Shown here piece after piece: positions 1 through 9,529 of a stretch of DNA of 64,000 nucleotides. The translations under genes and the position numbers were made by a program. Numbering within the stretch: the stretch's first letter is position 1; every line of letters starts with the position of its first letter. The notes beneath the pieces were generated by a model that saw only the letters and a program-made list of their open reading frames with translations, did not search any database and was not told the DNA's origin. This DNA comes from Candidatus Eiseniibacteriota bacterium (GTDB lineage: Bacteria > Eisenbacteria > RBG-16-71-46 > JABDJR01), in contig CAWANH010000028.1 of the NCBI GenBank assembly GCA_963783375.1, forward strand, positions 864,001-928,000. The letters are read 5' to 3'.

Positions 1-1482
1 GCCGTCTCCGCGGGGGCGGCCCGCGCCGCCGCTACGGAGGGTCCGGCCGCCGGTGCCGGGGCGCTCGCCACGGTCCACGCCGGGTGGCGGGCGGTTTCAC
101 CGTTTCTCCCCCTGGTCTTGGTATGGCTCTGGATCCTGGGCGCAGGCCTCTCCCTCTTCCGGCTCGGTCTCGCCAAGGTCCGCCTCCATCACCTGCTCCG
201 CGGCCGCCGGCCGCTGACCGGCGGGCCCCTTCCCGAGCGCCTGGATCGACTTCGCCGAAGCGCCGGCATCCGCCGTCCGGTTCGCCTCACCGTTTCCGAG
301 CGCATCCCGGGGCCGGTGGCGCTCGGGCGATCCGAGATCTGCCTCCCCGGGCGGGCGCTGACCGACCTCGATCCGGTCCATCAGGAAAGCGTGCTCGCCC
401 ACGAGCTGGGGCACCTGGCCCGGCGCGATCCGGCATGGCTGGTGGCCACGGCCACTATGGAAGCGATCTTCTTCTTCCAGCCCTTGAACCGGCTGGCCCG
501 CCGTTCCCTCCGCGAGACGGCGGAGTTCCTCTGCGACGACTGGGCGGTGACCCACACCGGTCGGAGTCTCACCCTCGCCCGGTGCCTGGCCGAGGTGGCG
601 GGCTGGATCCACGCCCCGGCGCGCCCGGCCCTGGCTTCAGCCATGGCCGAGGGGGGCTCGCCCCTGGTGCGGCGGATCGAACGACTCCTGGAGGACGACC
701 CAGGCCGGGCGGATCGCCTTCGGGGCTGGACCTGGGCCGGGGTGGGAGCCATGGTGGCCCTGACCGCGGCGATCGCCCCCGGGGTGACCGCGGGCCGCCG
801 GGCCCCGGTGATCGCCTCTCCCGAGGCCTCGTTCTATCCGGCCGCCGCCACCGCGTTTCAGCCCGCGGTGAGCGTGTCGGTGGAGCCGAGCGCCCCCCGC
901 GTCATCTTTTTCCCCGGCCCGCCCCCCGCGGGAAGCGCGGCCCCGCCCGCCGGATCCGTGCCCCGGGCGGTGTTCCTGCCGCATGCTCGGGGGCGGATCC
1001 ACATCGAGGCTCCGACGCCCGACGGACGGGTGTTCGCTTTCAGCCCGGACGAACCGGAACCCCCCCTGCCCGTCGCGCCACCCGACCCGGTCTCGGCACA
1101 AACGTGGGTCGTACAACTCGGCGACCACGTGCAGATCGACCTCGATCCCCTGCTCGCCGCGCTGGCGGATTCACCGGAAGCCCGAGCCCGGATGGACGCC
1201 CTTCAGGACGAGCTTCGCGGAAAGCTCGGATCCAACATGGAGGACCTCGACCGTTTCTGTCGCGAGCATCTTGGCCCGCAGCTCGAGCAACTGAACCGCG
1301 AGCTGGATCCGGCCACGCGGGCGAAGCTGCTCGACCTCAAGGCCCGACTGATCCGGGAGCAGATCCGGCTCGACTCGGAGCGGCGCCAAGTGCTCCGCAA
1401 GAACGCGCGCATGGCCGAACAGGCGGCGCGCGAGGCGCGGGAATCGATGATCCGGTCGCGACCCAACCGGTCCACGATCTAG
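1..1482 (+). CDS. M56 family metallopeptidase (BlaR1/MecR1-like), 5'-truncated by window edge
   Basis: Frame open from position 1; WLWILG TM segment, 'ESVLAHELGHLARRD' HExxH motif, 'FFFQPL..LARR..RETAEFLCDD' typical of M56; coiled-coil C-terminus. Confidence 0.85.
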   Translation, partial: AVSAGAARAAATEGPAAGAGALATVHAGWRAVSPFLPLVLVWLWILGAGLSLFRLGLAKVRLHHLLRGRRPLTGGPLPERLDRLRRSAGIRRPVRLTVSERIPGPVALGRSEICLPGRALTDLDPVHQESVLAHELGHLARRDPAWLVATATMEAIFFFQPLNRLARRSLRETAEFLCDDWAVTHTGRSLTLARCLAEVAGWIHAPARPALASAMAEGGSPLVRRIERLLEDDPGRADRLRGWTWAGVGAMVALTAAIAPGVTAGRRAPVIASPEASFYPAAATAFQPAVSVSVEPSAPRVIFFPGPPPAGSAAPPAGSVPRAVFLPHARGRIHIEAPTPDGRVFAFSPDEPEPPLPVAPPDPVSAQTWVVQLGDHVQIDLDPLLAALADSPEARARMDALQDELRGKLGSNMEDLDRFCREHLGPQLEQLNRELDPATRAKLLDLKARLIREQIRLDSERRQVLRKNARMAEQAAREARESMIRSRPNRSTI

Positions 1483-1493
1483 CCCGCCGCCGG

Positions 1494-2042
1494 TCAGCCC
1501 GGAAATCCCTCCAGGAGCGGCCCAAGCCGCCGGGCCCTCGGGGCCAGCCGGTAGGACGTCCGGGGCGGGTAGCCGTTCACCACCACCCGCTCCACCAACC
1601 CGTCCTTCTCCAGGGTCTTCAGCGTCAGGGCCAGCGCCCGCGGGGTGACCTCGGGGAAGCGCGCGCGAAGTTCGGAGAACCGGCACGGTCCGCCCCGGAT
1701 GACGAACGCCACCGGGAGCGACCACTTGCGAAGCGCGGCGTTCTCCGCCCGGAGCGCGCGGAGGACCCCCATGAGCCGGACGCACCAGGGGGCCACGCGC
1801 CGGCCGGCGGCGGTCAGCACGTACTCGGGGCGCATGGGGTGGCCGTAGCCGGGGTTTCGCATCACCCACCCGGTCTCGATCAGCCAGGCCAGGGTGCGCC
1901 GGAGCGAATCGCGGCTCATCCCCAACCGGTTGGCCAGGGTCACGAACCGGCTCCCCCCGCCGCGGTGGATCTCCGCCAGCACCGGGGCCGCCCAGCGATA
2001 GTGGACCAGGGCGAGGAGCCGCCCCGGCGGTCGTCCCGTCAT
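1494..2042 (-). CDS. HxlR-family winged-helix transcriptional regulator with two tandem HxlR-like domains
   Basis: 'RW...VL..I..G..RF..L...LG..SR..L.R.L' followed by 'KW...V......GPCRFSELR..FPEVTPRALALTLKTLEKDGLVER....YPPRTSYRL'; ATG at 2042 preferred over the longer ORF. Confidence 0.8.
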   Translation of the reverse strand: MTGRPPGRLLALVHYRWAAPVLAEIHRGGGSRFVTLANRLGMSRDSLRRTLAWLIETGWVMRNPGYGHPMRPEYVLTAAGRRVAPWCVRLMGVLRALRAENAALRKWSLPVAFVIRGGPCRFSELRARFPEVTPRALALTLKTLEKDGLVERVVVNGYPPRTSYRLAPRARRLGPLLEGFPG

Positions 2043-2124
2043 GTTGCCTTTCGTGATCGTCGCGCCCGGGACCCGGACCGGCGCGTGAAGGTCCCGGACG
2101 CCCCGTCCATTGCCCCGGACGCTC

Positions 2125-2153
2125 TTGACACCCGTGAGTAGACTAAGTATACT
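2125..2153 (+). promoter_or_regulatory. sigma70-type promoter for the VOC gene with overlapping putative operator
   Basis: TTGACA (2125-2130), 17 nt spacer, TATACT (2148-2153); AGTAGACT/AGTATACT repeat and AAGTATACTT palindrome overlap it. Confidence 0.75.
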
Positions 2154-2233
2154 TTCAGAACCCAAGACGGTCAACCTCGGTCTCCACCCCAACCCGGGTC
2201 CGTGATTCGATCGGATCCGCCAAGGAGGTTCGC

Positions 2234-2617
2234 ATGGCCTCGACGCTCGACTACAACCGCACCCTGACCTGCGCCATCGCCGTGGGTAGCCTGAAGCAGG
2301 CTCTGGATTGGTACCAGAGCGTGCTGGGTTTCGAGATCGACTACCGGCTGGACGAGATGGGGTGGGCGGAGCTCAGCACTCCGGTCCCCGGTGTGACCGT
2401 GGGTCTGAGCGAGGTGGAGAATCCCCAGGTGAAGGGCGGCGCCACCCTGGTCTTCGGGGTCCGCGACATCGAGGCGGCCAAGCAGCAGCTGGAAACCCGA
2501 AAGGTGCGGTTCGACGGGGACATCATGACCATCGAGGGCATGGTGAAGCTGGCTACCTTCTACGACCCTGACGGGAACAAGTTCATGCTCTCCCAGTCGC
2601 TCGTGAACCCGGCCTAG
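2234..2617 (+). CDS. VOC/glyoxalase-bleomycin resistance family protein
   Basis: AGGAGG RBS; 'ALDWYQSVLGF', 'LVFGVRDIEAA', 'ATFYDPDGN' motifs. Confidence 0.9.
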   Translation: MASTLDYNRTLTCAIAVGSLKQALDWYQSVLGFEIDYRLDEMGWAELSTPVPGVTVGLSEVENPQVKGGATLVFGVRDIEAAKQQLETRKVRFDGDIMTIEGMVKLATFYDPDGNKFMLSQSLVNPA

Positions 2618-2648
2618 ACCGGCGATCCGGGACCCCGGTCAAGGCGGT

Positions 2649-3323
2649 CTAACCCGATGATTCCTCTTCCGCGTTGACCAGATCCTTCTCCAGGCGCGAC
2701 CAGGTCGCCGAGTCGAGGAGCTCATGGGCCAGGTTCCTGAGCGTGGTGAAGGTCTCCGAGGGCGCATTCGCCTTCATGGTCCGGAGCAACTCCAGCCGCT
2801 CGACATGACTGATCACCGGCACGATCTGGGTGAACTCGCGGATCTGCTCCGCGGCGGACCGGGAGGCCAGGAACCGCTGGATCCCGGAGCGGATCTCCTC
2901 TTCCGAGTACCTGGACCAGACGAGCGGCATGGCCACCGTCTCCTCGAGATCGACGTGATCGAGGTAACTGGCGATGAACCGGTTGAAGGCACGGTAGAGA
3001 TCGGCCCACTCCTCCCCGGAGCCGCCGGACTCGAACCGGTCCAGCGCGTTGTCGAGGTGCTCCATCAACAACTCGAGTTGATGGTGCTGGGTGGCCAGTC
3101 GGACGGAAACCGCGGGGTCGGCGGCGTCGATCCATGGATGGATGAACGCGTCCTCCTGGCGGCTGTGGACCCGGATATCCCCCAGAATCTCCCGGGTTTC
3201 CAGGACCAGCTCGCGGATTTCCGCCTCGTCCCCCGCCCCGAGCCTCCCCGCCCGCCGGGACACTTCGAAGAGACGGGCGCGCTGGCTCTTGTGAATGTTG
3301 GCGTAGAAGTCGATCCGGGCCAT
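2649..3323 (-). CDS. Hemerythrin/HHE cation-binding domain protein
   Basis: Start 'MARIDFYANIHKSQR'; H..ED..I.P, 'QHHQLE', 'YLDHVDLEE..AMP' HHE motifs. Confidence 0.75.
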   Translation of the reverse strand: MARIDFYANIHKSQRARLFEVSRRAGRLGAGDEAEIRELVLETREILGDIRVHSRQEDAFIHPWIDAADPAVSVRLATQHHQLELLMEHLDNALDRFESGGSGEEWADLYRAFNRFIASYLDHVDLEETVAMPLVWSRYSEEEIRSGIQRFLASRSAAEQIREFTQIVPVISHVERLELLRTMKANAPSETFTTLRNLAHELLDSATWSRLEKDLVNAEEESSG

Positions 3324-3484
3324 CGGGGTACGGTTCCTTTCAAGTAGTCTCCGGGAGGGGAGATGGATTCTGACCAAGTTCCCATGGGGAGTCCAGATGA
3401 AACGGCGACGCCCGGCTCGGAACGAACCGGGCGCCACTCCACGGCGCGGCGTCCCCCCGCCGGCCGGGGGGGAGACCTCCGCGA

Positions 3485-4465
3485 TCAGGTGTTCCCGCGG
3501 CCCTCGTCCAGGCTCTGGACCCAGGCGTCGTCCCAGTTGATCTCGACCACCGAATAGGGATAGGGATCCCCCTCGATCTTCTCGATGCTGATGGCCCCCT
3601 TGGCCTGGAGGTCCTCGACCATGCGTTTTCTGCCCCGGTTGTCGAGATAGGGGAAGCGGTCGTTCAGCATGCGCAGGAACGGGGTCAGCCACACCTTCCT
3701 CTCGCCGTACTGATAGAAGGCATTCAGGAGTTCTTCCATGCAGAGCTTGAGGTCTTCGTCGTTGATGGGGAGATCCGTAGCCGGCTCCGAGCCCTCGTCG
3801 CCTTCCTCCTCGTCCGCTTCGACCGTGGGACGGGAAAAGGAGCGCCGCTCGCTGCCGCCGCCGTTGGTGGCCGGGGCCTCGTAGGGAAGCAGGTAGTCGG
3901 CGTTGATGTAGTTCTCCTCCCCGACGATCTGGCGAAGATCCCCGCTGGTCGACTTTCCGAACCCCACCACGATCACCCGCTTCAGGTGCTCGTGGAGGCG
4001 GCGGACCACGGGGAGGAAGTCCCGATCCCCCCCCACGATCACGAACATGTCGAGTTCGGGGCGGGTGAGCAGCATCTCGACCGCGTCGATGGAGAGCAGG
4101 ATTTCGGATGAGCCCCGGTGCTTGGTGCCCAGCATGAAGCGCGGTTCGAAAGCCAGGAGCTGGAGCTGGGTCATCACGTCGCTGCCCAGGCGATCGAAGT
4201 CGGCGTAGGACCGGCCGATGGCCATGACCCCGCTATACTTTTCCCGGAGGCGACCCCGCAGATTCGAGAGCAGCTCGATCCCTTCGTCCAGGGCCTGATC
4301 ATCCACCGCGGTTTCGTCGATGGGCTCCGCGTCCAGGGCGGCGTCGTTCGACAGGGTGTAGTAGATATTCTCGAAATCGACCAAGACGGCACAGTGACGC
4401 AACCGTTTGCTTTGCGGAATCCGGGGCCTGCGCGATGCCCGCTTATCCTGGTACTCTTTCAGCAT
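3485..4465 (-). CDS. NYN domain (LabA/DUF88, PIN-like) putative ribonuclease
   Basis: 'VLVDFENI', 'SIDA', 'VGGDRDFLPVV..L....KRVIVVG....TS.DL' NYN signature; C-terminal winged-helix/OST-like region. Confidence 0.85.
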   Translation of the reverse strand: MLKEYQDKRASRRPRIPQSKRLRHCAVLVDFENIYYTLSNDAALDAEPIDETAVDDQALDEGIELLSNLRGRLREKYSGVMAIGRSYADFDRLGSDVMTQLQLLAFEPRFMLGTKHRGSSEILLSIDAVEMLLTRPELDMFVIVGGDRDFLPVVRRLHEHLKRVIVVGFGKSTSGDLRQIVGEENYINADYLLPYEAPATNGGGSERRSFSRPTVEADEEEGDEGSEPATDLPINDEDLKLCMEELLNAFYQYGERKVWLTPFLRMLNDRFPYLDNRGRKRMVEDLQAKGAISIEKIEGDPYPYSVVEINWDDAWVQSLDEGRGNT

Positions 4466-5293
4466 TTAATTCTCCTGACCGGTGTGTTTTGACGTGGTGT
4501 TGGTTCGTTCGTTCAGGGTGTTGTCGGTCTCTTCGGTCAAGGCCGTCGCGATGGTCTCGACCACCTCGGCGACCGACTTGTCCGAGGTCTCGGCGGTAAA
4601 GTCAGCGCCCGCATAAAGCGGGATCCGGTGGGTCCACAGCCGTTCGAGTTCGGCCATGGCGTCGGGGCGGTCGGCCATGGGGCGCCGGTCTCCCTGGGCC
4701 ATGACCCGACTCCAGTGATCCCGGGGCATGGCCTTGAGCCACACCGTGCAGGCCCGCCGGCGGAGGAAGGCAAAGGTGTCCGGGTCGGTGACCAGCCCTC
4801 CCCCGGTCGCGATCACCAGGCGCTCGGATCGGGAGAGGAGCCGGGCCAGCACCTCCCGCTCCAGCCGCCGGAAATAGGTCCCTCCCTGGAGTTCGAAGAT
4901 CTGCCCCAGGGGCATTCCCGCCTCCTCTTCCACAAGCTCGTCCAGCTCGACGAACGCCACCCCCAGGCGCTGGGCCAAGAGCTTTCCCACCGTGCTCTTC
5001 CCCGCTCCCCGCATCCCGATCAACGCCACCGGCCGGTCCGCCTGGCTCTCCGCCCGCTCGACCAGGTCGGCGACGCTCACCCCCAGGGCCCCGGCCACCC
5101 GGCGGAGTTTCAGGTAGGAGATGTTCCCCCGGCCGGCCTCGAGCTGGGCCAGGAATCGGAGGCTCAGGCCGGCCCGCTCGGCCAGATCGGCCCGGGAGGT
5201 CCCCAGCCCGGCGCGAAGAGAGCGCACCGCGTGGCCCAGGCGTTCCAGGGCCCGGGCGGCCTGGGAGTCGGAGAGGGTGGATGAATCCATCAT
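4466..5293 (-). CDS. boxR: BzdR/BoxR-type regulator (XRE HTH fused to shikimate-kinase-like domain)
   Basis: N-terminal HTH 'LAERAGLSLRFLAQLEAGRGNISY'; 'ALIGMRGAGKSTVG' P-loop and 'VIATGGG'; divergent from boxCB. Confidence 0.85.
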   Translation of the reverse strand: MMDSSTLSDSQAARALERLGHAVRSLRAGLGTSRADLAERAGLSLRFLAQLEAGRGNISYLKLRRVAGALGVSVADLVERAESQADRPVALIGMRGAGKSTVGKLLAQRLGVAFVELDELVEEEAGMPLGQIFELQGGTYFRRLEREVLARLLSRSERLVIATGGGLVTDPDTFAFLRRRACTVWLKAMPRDHWSRVMAQGDRRPMADRPDAMAELERLWTHRIPLYAGADFTAETSDKSVAEVVETIATALTEETDNTLNERTNTTSKHTGQEN

Positions 5294-5297
5294 TTCA

Positions 5298-5356
5298 TGC
5301 ATTATAGTGCATAACAAGGGTTGACCGAAACCGGTACTTCGATGCAAAATACTGCT
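5298..5356. promoter_or_regulatory. BzdR/BoxR-type operator boxes TGCA-N6-TGCA
   Basis: TGCA-TTATAG-TGCA at 5298-5311 and TGCA-AAATAC-TGCT at 5343-5356, flanking TTGACC (5321-5326). Confidence 0.7.
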
Positions 5357-5495
5357 GTTGCTCTGTCAGAACTCAGGCGGAAGCCTACCGGGTGGGTGGC
5401 CCGCTTGTCCAGTGGCCGCCGGACCCGGTCCCTACCGCGAAACCATAATCCCGATCGGAATCGTCGTCTTCTCCGCATCGCTCATGAGGTGATCC

Positions 5496-7157
5496 ATGCC
5501 CCAGCCCACCGTCTCCGCCCGCTCTCCCGAGGCCCCGGTTCAATTCCAGACCGCCCCCGATCGCTACCACCACTGGAAGCTCGAGTTCGAGGGTGAGATC
5601 GCCGTCCTCCGCCTGGACGCGAGGGAGGATCGGCCCCTTCGGGACGGCTATGCCCTGAAGCTCAACTCCTACGATCTCGGGGTGGATATCGAGCTGGCCG
5701 ACGCGGTGGACCGAATTCGTTTCGAGCACCCCGAGGTGCGGACGGTGGTGATCACCAGCGCCAAGGATCGCGTGTTTTCCTCCGGCGCCAACATCCACAT
5801 GCTCGGCCTCTCACCCCACGGGTTCAAGATCAACTTCTGCAAGTTCACCAACGAAACACGGCTGGGGATGGAGGACGCCTCCGGGCACGGCGGCCTCCGG
5901 TTCCTGGCCGCGCTGAACGGCCTGGCCGCCGGGGGCGGATACGAGCTGGCCCTGGCCTGCGACGAGATCGTCCTGGTGGACGACGGATCGAGCGCGGTGA
6001 GCCTTCCCGAGGTGCCCCTCCTGGGAGTGCTTCCCGGCACCGGCGGTCTCACCCGGGTGGTGGACAAGCGACGGGTACGCCGGGATCGGGCCGACGTGTT
6101 CTGCACCCTCCAGGAGGGAATCAAGGGCCAGCGCGCGGTGGACTGGGGACTGGTGGACGCGCTGGCGCCTCGGAGCCGGTTCGACGAGGTGGTGGGGGAG
6201 CGCGCCCGAGCCCTCGCCGCCGCCGCGCCCCCCCGCAGCGGCCCCGGCGTCACCTGGAAACCCGTTTCTGCGGAAATCGATGAAACCCGTCGCCGGTATC
6301 AATACGTGACGGTCGACATGGACGGAGAGGGAAGAACGGCCACGGTCACCGTGAAGGGGCCCGGGGCGGGAGAGCCGGTCTCGGCCGAGGCCTACCGGGA
6401 GCGGGGCGCCGACGCCTGGGCGCTCCGGGCCTTCCGCGAACTGGACGACGCGATTCTCGATCTCCGGTTCAACCGGCCCGAGCTGGGGCTCCTGCTGCTG
6501 AAAACCGAGGGAGAACCCGAAATGGTGCTGGAGGTGGACCGGGCCCTGGACGGCCTTCGGGACGACTGGTTCGTGCGTGAGATCCTCCTGTACCAGGCCC
6601 GGGTGCTCCGCCGGCTGGACCTCACCGCGCGAAGCCTGTTCGCCCTGATCGAGCCCGGCTCCTGCTTCGCCGGTTCGCTCTTCGAGCTGGTCCTGGCCGC
6701 GGACCGGAGCTACATGCTCGACCTGGAGGATCACCCGGTGGTCGCCCTGGGGCCGCTGAACGCGGGGGACTACCCCATGACCCACGGTCTGAGCCGGCTC
6801 CGGGCGCACTTCTACGGGGAGGAGGAAAGCGTCGCCCGCGCCCTCGCCGCGGGATCGCTGACCCCGTCCGAGGCAGACCGGGCCGGGCTCATCACCACGG
6901 TGCTGGACGACATCGACTACGAGGACGAGGTGCGGGTGGCGATCGAGGAGCGGGCGTCGCTCTCCCCGGACGCGCTCACCGGGATGGAGGCCTCGTTGCG
7001 GTTCCCCGGCACGGAAACCGCCGATTGCAAGATCTTCGGGCGGCTCTCCGCCTGGCAGAACTGGATCTTCATCCGGCCCAACGCGGTCGGCGAGCACGGC
7101 GCGCTCAAGGTGTACGGCCGCCCCGACCGGGCCGATTTCGACTGGAACCGGACATGA
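5496..7157 (+). CDS. boxC: 2,3-epoxybenzoyl-CoA dihydrolase (benzoyl-CoA-dihydrodiol lyase)
   Basis: 'KLNSYDLGVDIEL.DA..RIRFEHPEVR', 'KINFCKFTNETR', 'IFGRLSAWQNWIF.RPNAVG' BoxC-specific motifs; crotonase fold. Confidence 0.95.
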   Translation: MPQPTVSARSPEAPVQFQTAPDRYHHWKLEFEGEIAVLRLDAREDRPLRDGYALKLNSYDLGVDIELADAVDRIRFEHPEVRTVVITSAKDRVFSSGANIHMLGLSPHGFKINFCKFTNETRLGMEDASGHGGLRFLAALNGLAAGGGYELALACDEIVLVDDGSSAVSLPEVPLLGVLPGTGGLTRVVDKRRVRRDRADVFCTLQEGIKGQRAVDWGLVDALAPRSRFDEVVGERARALAAAAPPRSGPGVTWKPVSAEIDETRRRYQYVTVDMDGEGRTATVTVKGPGAGEPVSAEAYRERGADAWALRAFRELDDAILDLRFNRPELGLLLLKTEGEPEMVLEVDRALDGLRDDWFVREILLYQARVLRRLDLTARSLFALIEPGSCFAGSLFELVLAADRSYMLDLEDHPVVALGPLNAGDYPMTHGLSRLRAHFYGEEESVARALAAGSLTPSEADRAGLITTVLDDIDYEDEVRVAIEERASLSPDALTGMEASLRFPGTETADCKIFGRLSAWQNWIFIRPNAVGEHGALKVYGRPDRADFDWNRT

Positions 7158-7209
7158 GAGACGCGGGAGGGAACCGGGCCGGGCATCCGATCCGCCAACG
7201 GAGGACAGC

Positions 7210-8616
7210 GTGAACCTGTACGACAGCATTCCGAATAACGTGAACCTGGCCGACGACCCGCGGCTCAAGCGGGCGCTCGAGAAGTGGCTCCCCGACTTCC
7301 GCTCGTGGTGGATGGACATGGGTCCGGCGGGATTCCAGGAGGACGACGTCTACCTCCGCACCGCGATCAGCGTGGACCCCAAGGGGTGGGCCCACTTCGA
7401 CTACGTGAAGATGCCCGAGTATCGCTGGGGGATCTTCCTGGCCGAGCCCGGGACCGACCGCCGGATCGGGTTCGGGGACCAGCTCGGCCAGCCGGTGTGG
7501 CAGGAGGTGCCGGGAGAGTATCGGGGCATGCTCCGCCGGCTCATCGTGACCCAGGGTGACACCGAGCCGGCCAGCGTGGAGCAGCAACGACTCCTTGGGC
7601 GGACCTGCCCGAGTCTCTACGACCTGCGGAACCTCTTCCAGGTGAACGTGGAGGAGGGGCGCCATCTCTGGGCCATGGTGTACCTCCTTCACGGATTCTT
7701 CGGTCGCGACGGGCGCGAGGAAGCGGAGGCGCTGTTGGCCCGCCGCTCCGGCGATCCCGACAAGCCGCGGATCCTCGGCGCCTTCAACGAGCCGATCCAG
7801 GACTGGATGTCCTTCTACATGTTCACCATGTTCACCGACCGGGACGGGAAGTACCAGCTCCTGGCCCTGGCCGAAAGCGGTTTCGACCCGCTTTCGCGCA
7901 CCACCCGCTTCATGCTCACCGAGGAGGCCCACCACATGTTCGTGGGCGAGACCGGCGTGGGTCGCGTGGTGGAGCGCACCGCCCAGCTCATGAAGGAGTC
8001 GCCGGACGGCGACGTCCGCAAGGCCGGCGGCGTGGACCTGCCCACCGTCCAGAAGTACCTGAACCTCTGGTTCTCCCTGTCCCTGGACCTGTTCGGCGGC
8101 GAGAAGTCATCGAACGCGGCCGACTATTTCGCGGCGGGCCTCAAGGGGCGATACCGGGAGGAGCAATACGAAGACCACCTGGCGATGGAGGGCGTCTACG
8201 ACATGGAGCTTTCCGAAGGCGGAAAGGTGGTGAGGGAGTCGGTGCCCACCCGGAACGCCATGAACGAAATCCTGCGCGACGCCTACGTGGACGATTGCCA
8301 GCGCGGGGTGGACCGGTGGAACAAGATTCTGGCCAAGCACGGGATCGAGTTCGAGCTGAAGCTTCCCCACCGCCGCTTCCACCGGCAGATCGGCACGTTC
8401 CAGGGACTCCACTTCACCCCCCAGGGGGATCCGCTCACCGAGGCGGAGTGGAGCCGCCGCCGGGGGGAATGGCTTCCCGGCGACGGCGACAAGGAATACG
8501 TGCGCTCGCTCATGCACCCGGTGACCGAGCCGGGGAAGATCGCCGGCTGGATCGCTCCCCCGCCGCGCGGGGTCAACGGTCAGCCTTTCGAGTTCGAGTA
8601 CGTGAGGAAGGCCTGA
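7210..8616 (+). CDS. boxB: Benzoyl-CoA 2,3-epoxidase diiron subunit
   Basis: 'IPNNVNL', 'VYLRTAISV..GWAHF.YVKMP.YRWGIFL', 'QVNVEEGRH', 'MLTEEAHH' diiron motifs. Confidence 0.95.
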   Translation: MNLYDSIPNNVNLADDPRLKRALEKWLPDFRSWWMDMGPAGFQEDDVYLRTAISVDPKGWAHFDYVKMPEYRWGIFLAEPGTDRRIGFGDQLGQPVWQEVPGEYRGMLRRLIVTQGDTEPASVEQQRLLGRTCPSLYDLRNLFQVNVEEGRHLWAMVYLLHGFFGRDGREEAEALLARRSGDPDKPRILGAFNEPIQDWMSFYMFTMFTDRDGKYQLLALAESGFDPLSRTTRFMLTEEAHHMFVGETGVGRVVERTAQLMKESPDGDVRKAGGVDLPTVQKYLNLWFSLSLDLFGGEKSSNAADYFAAGLKGRYREEQYEDHLAMEGVYDMELSEGGKVVRESVPTRNAMNEILRDAYVDDCQRGVDRWNKILAKHGIEFELKLPHRRFHRQIGTFQGLHFTPQGDPLTEAEWSRRRGEWLPGDGDKEYVRSLMHPVTEPGKIAGWIAPPPRGVNGQPFEFEYVRKA

Positions 8617-8862
8617 CCCGCCCCGACGGTCATCCGCTCCGCGTCGCGATGCGGCATCATGAACGGTTCGGGCTGACCGGGCCGCTCCCTTCTGACAACC
8701 CCGGTGTGCCTCGAATCGGCGGGTGATACTCCCGCCGATTCGCTATAATCCGCCCGAATCATCCGTGGGGAGCGACCGGCGCCGCAATCAACCTCACACC
8801 CGCTCCCCGAATCTTCCACTCGCCTCGCCGTCGATCCCCCCGGCGGTTTGCGGAGGATTGTC

Positions 8863-9520
8863 ATGCAGATCACCGATCATCGACTGTGCCGGGACGACGG
8901 AAAGCCCTTCCCCTTCGTGGAGAGTCCGAACAAGGGGGGGCGGGTCGACTCCCGGTACCTGGTCATGCACTACACGTCGGGAGCGAGCGCCGAATCCTCG
9001 GTTCAATGGTTCAGGAATCCGGCCGCCCGCGCGTCCGCCCACCTCGTGATCGGCCGGGATGGGAGCATTACCCAGATGGTCCCCTTCGACCGGGTGGCCT
9101 GGCACGCCGGCCGGAGCCGATGGGAAGGACTGACCGGCCTCAACGCCTACGCCATCGGGATCGAATTGGACAATGCGGGCCGGCTGACCCGGAACGGCGA
9201 CCGGTGGACGGCCTGGTTCGGTACCGAATACGCGGACGAAGACGTGCTGGTGGCGGTGCACAAGAACGAGAGCGCGGCCTCCGGTTGGCACCGGTACACT
9301 TCGATCCAGCTCGACGCCGCGGTGGAAGCGGCCAACCTGATCGTAGTGACCTACGGACTGCTCGACGTTGTCGGTCACGACGACATCGCTCCCCGGCGAA
9401 AGTCCGATCCGGGCCCGGCGTTTCCATGGCGAGCTTCGTTCTCGGGTTCTCGGCCGTGAGGAGAAGGCGAGCGGTCTATCGCACGACGGCCGGCTCAACA
9501 TCCGGAGCGGCCCGGGACCG
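8863..9520 (+). CDS. N-acetylmuramoyl-L-alanine amidase (Amidase_2), C-terminal SH3b domain frameshifted/truncated
   Basis: GGAGG RBS; 'LVMHYT', 'ASAHLVIGRDG', 'AWHAG', 'IGIEL', 'VGHDDIAP.RK.DPG'; 'RLNIRSGPG' (SH3b start) follows in another frame before sequence degrades. Confidence 0.85.
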
Positions 9521-9529
9521 ACAACCCCG

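Noticed and set aside
84-2141. 685-aa ORF and many other long R/P/G/A-rich ORFs (e.g. 11826-14720, 43569-46307, 50652-53717)
   Set aside because: Shadow or antisense frames of real genes in high-GC DNA; no motifs
4466-5293. Shikimate kinase aroK
   Set aside because: Fused to an XRE HTH and divergent from boxCB, which fits a BzdR/BoxR regulator
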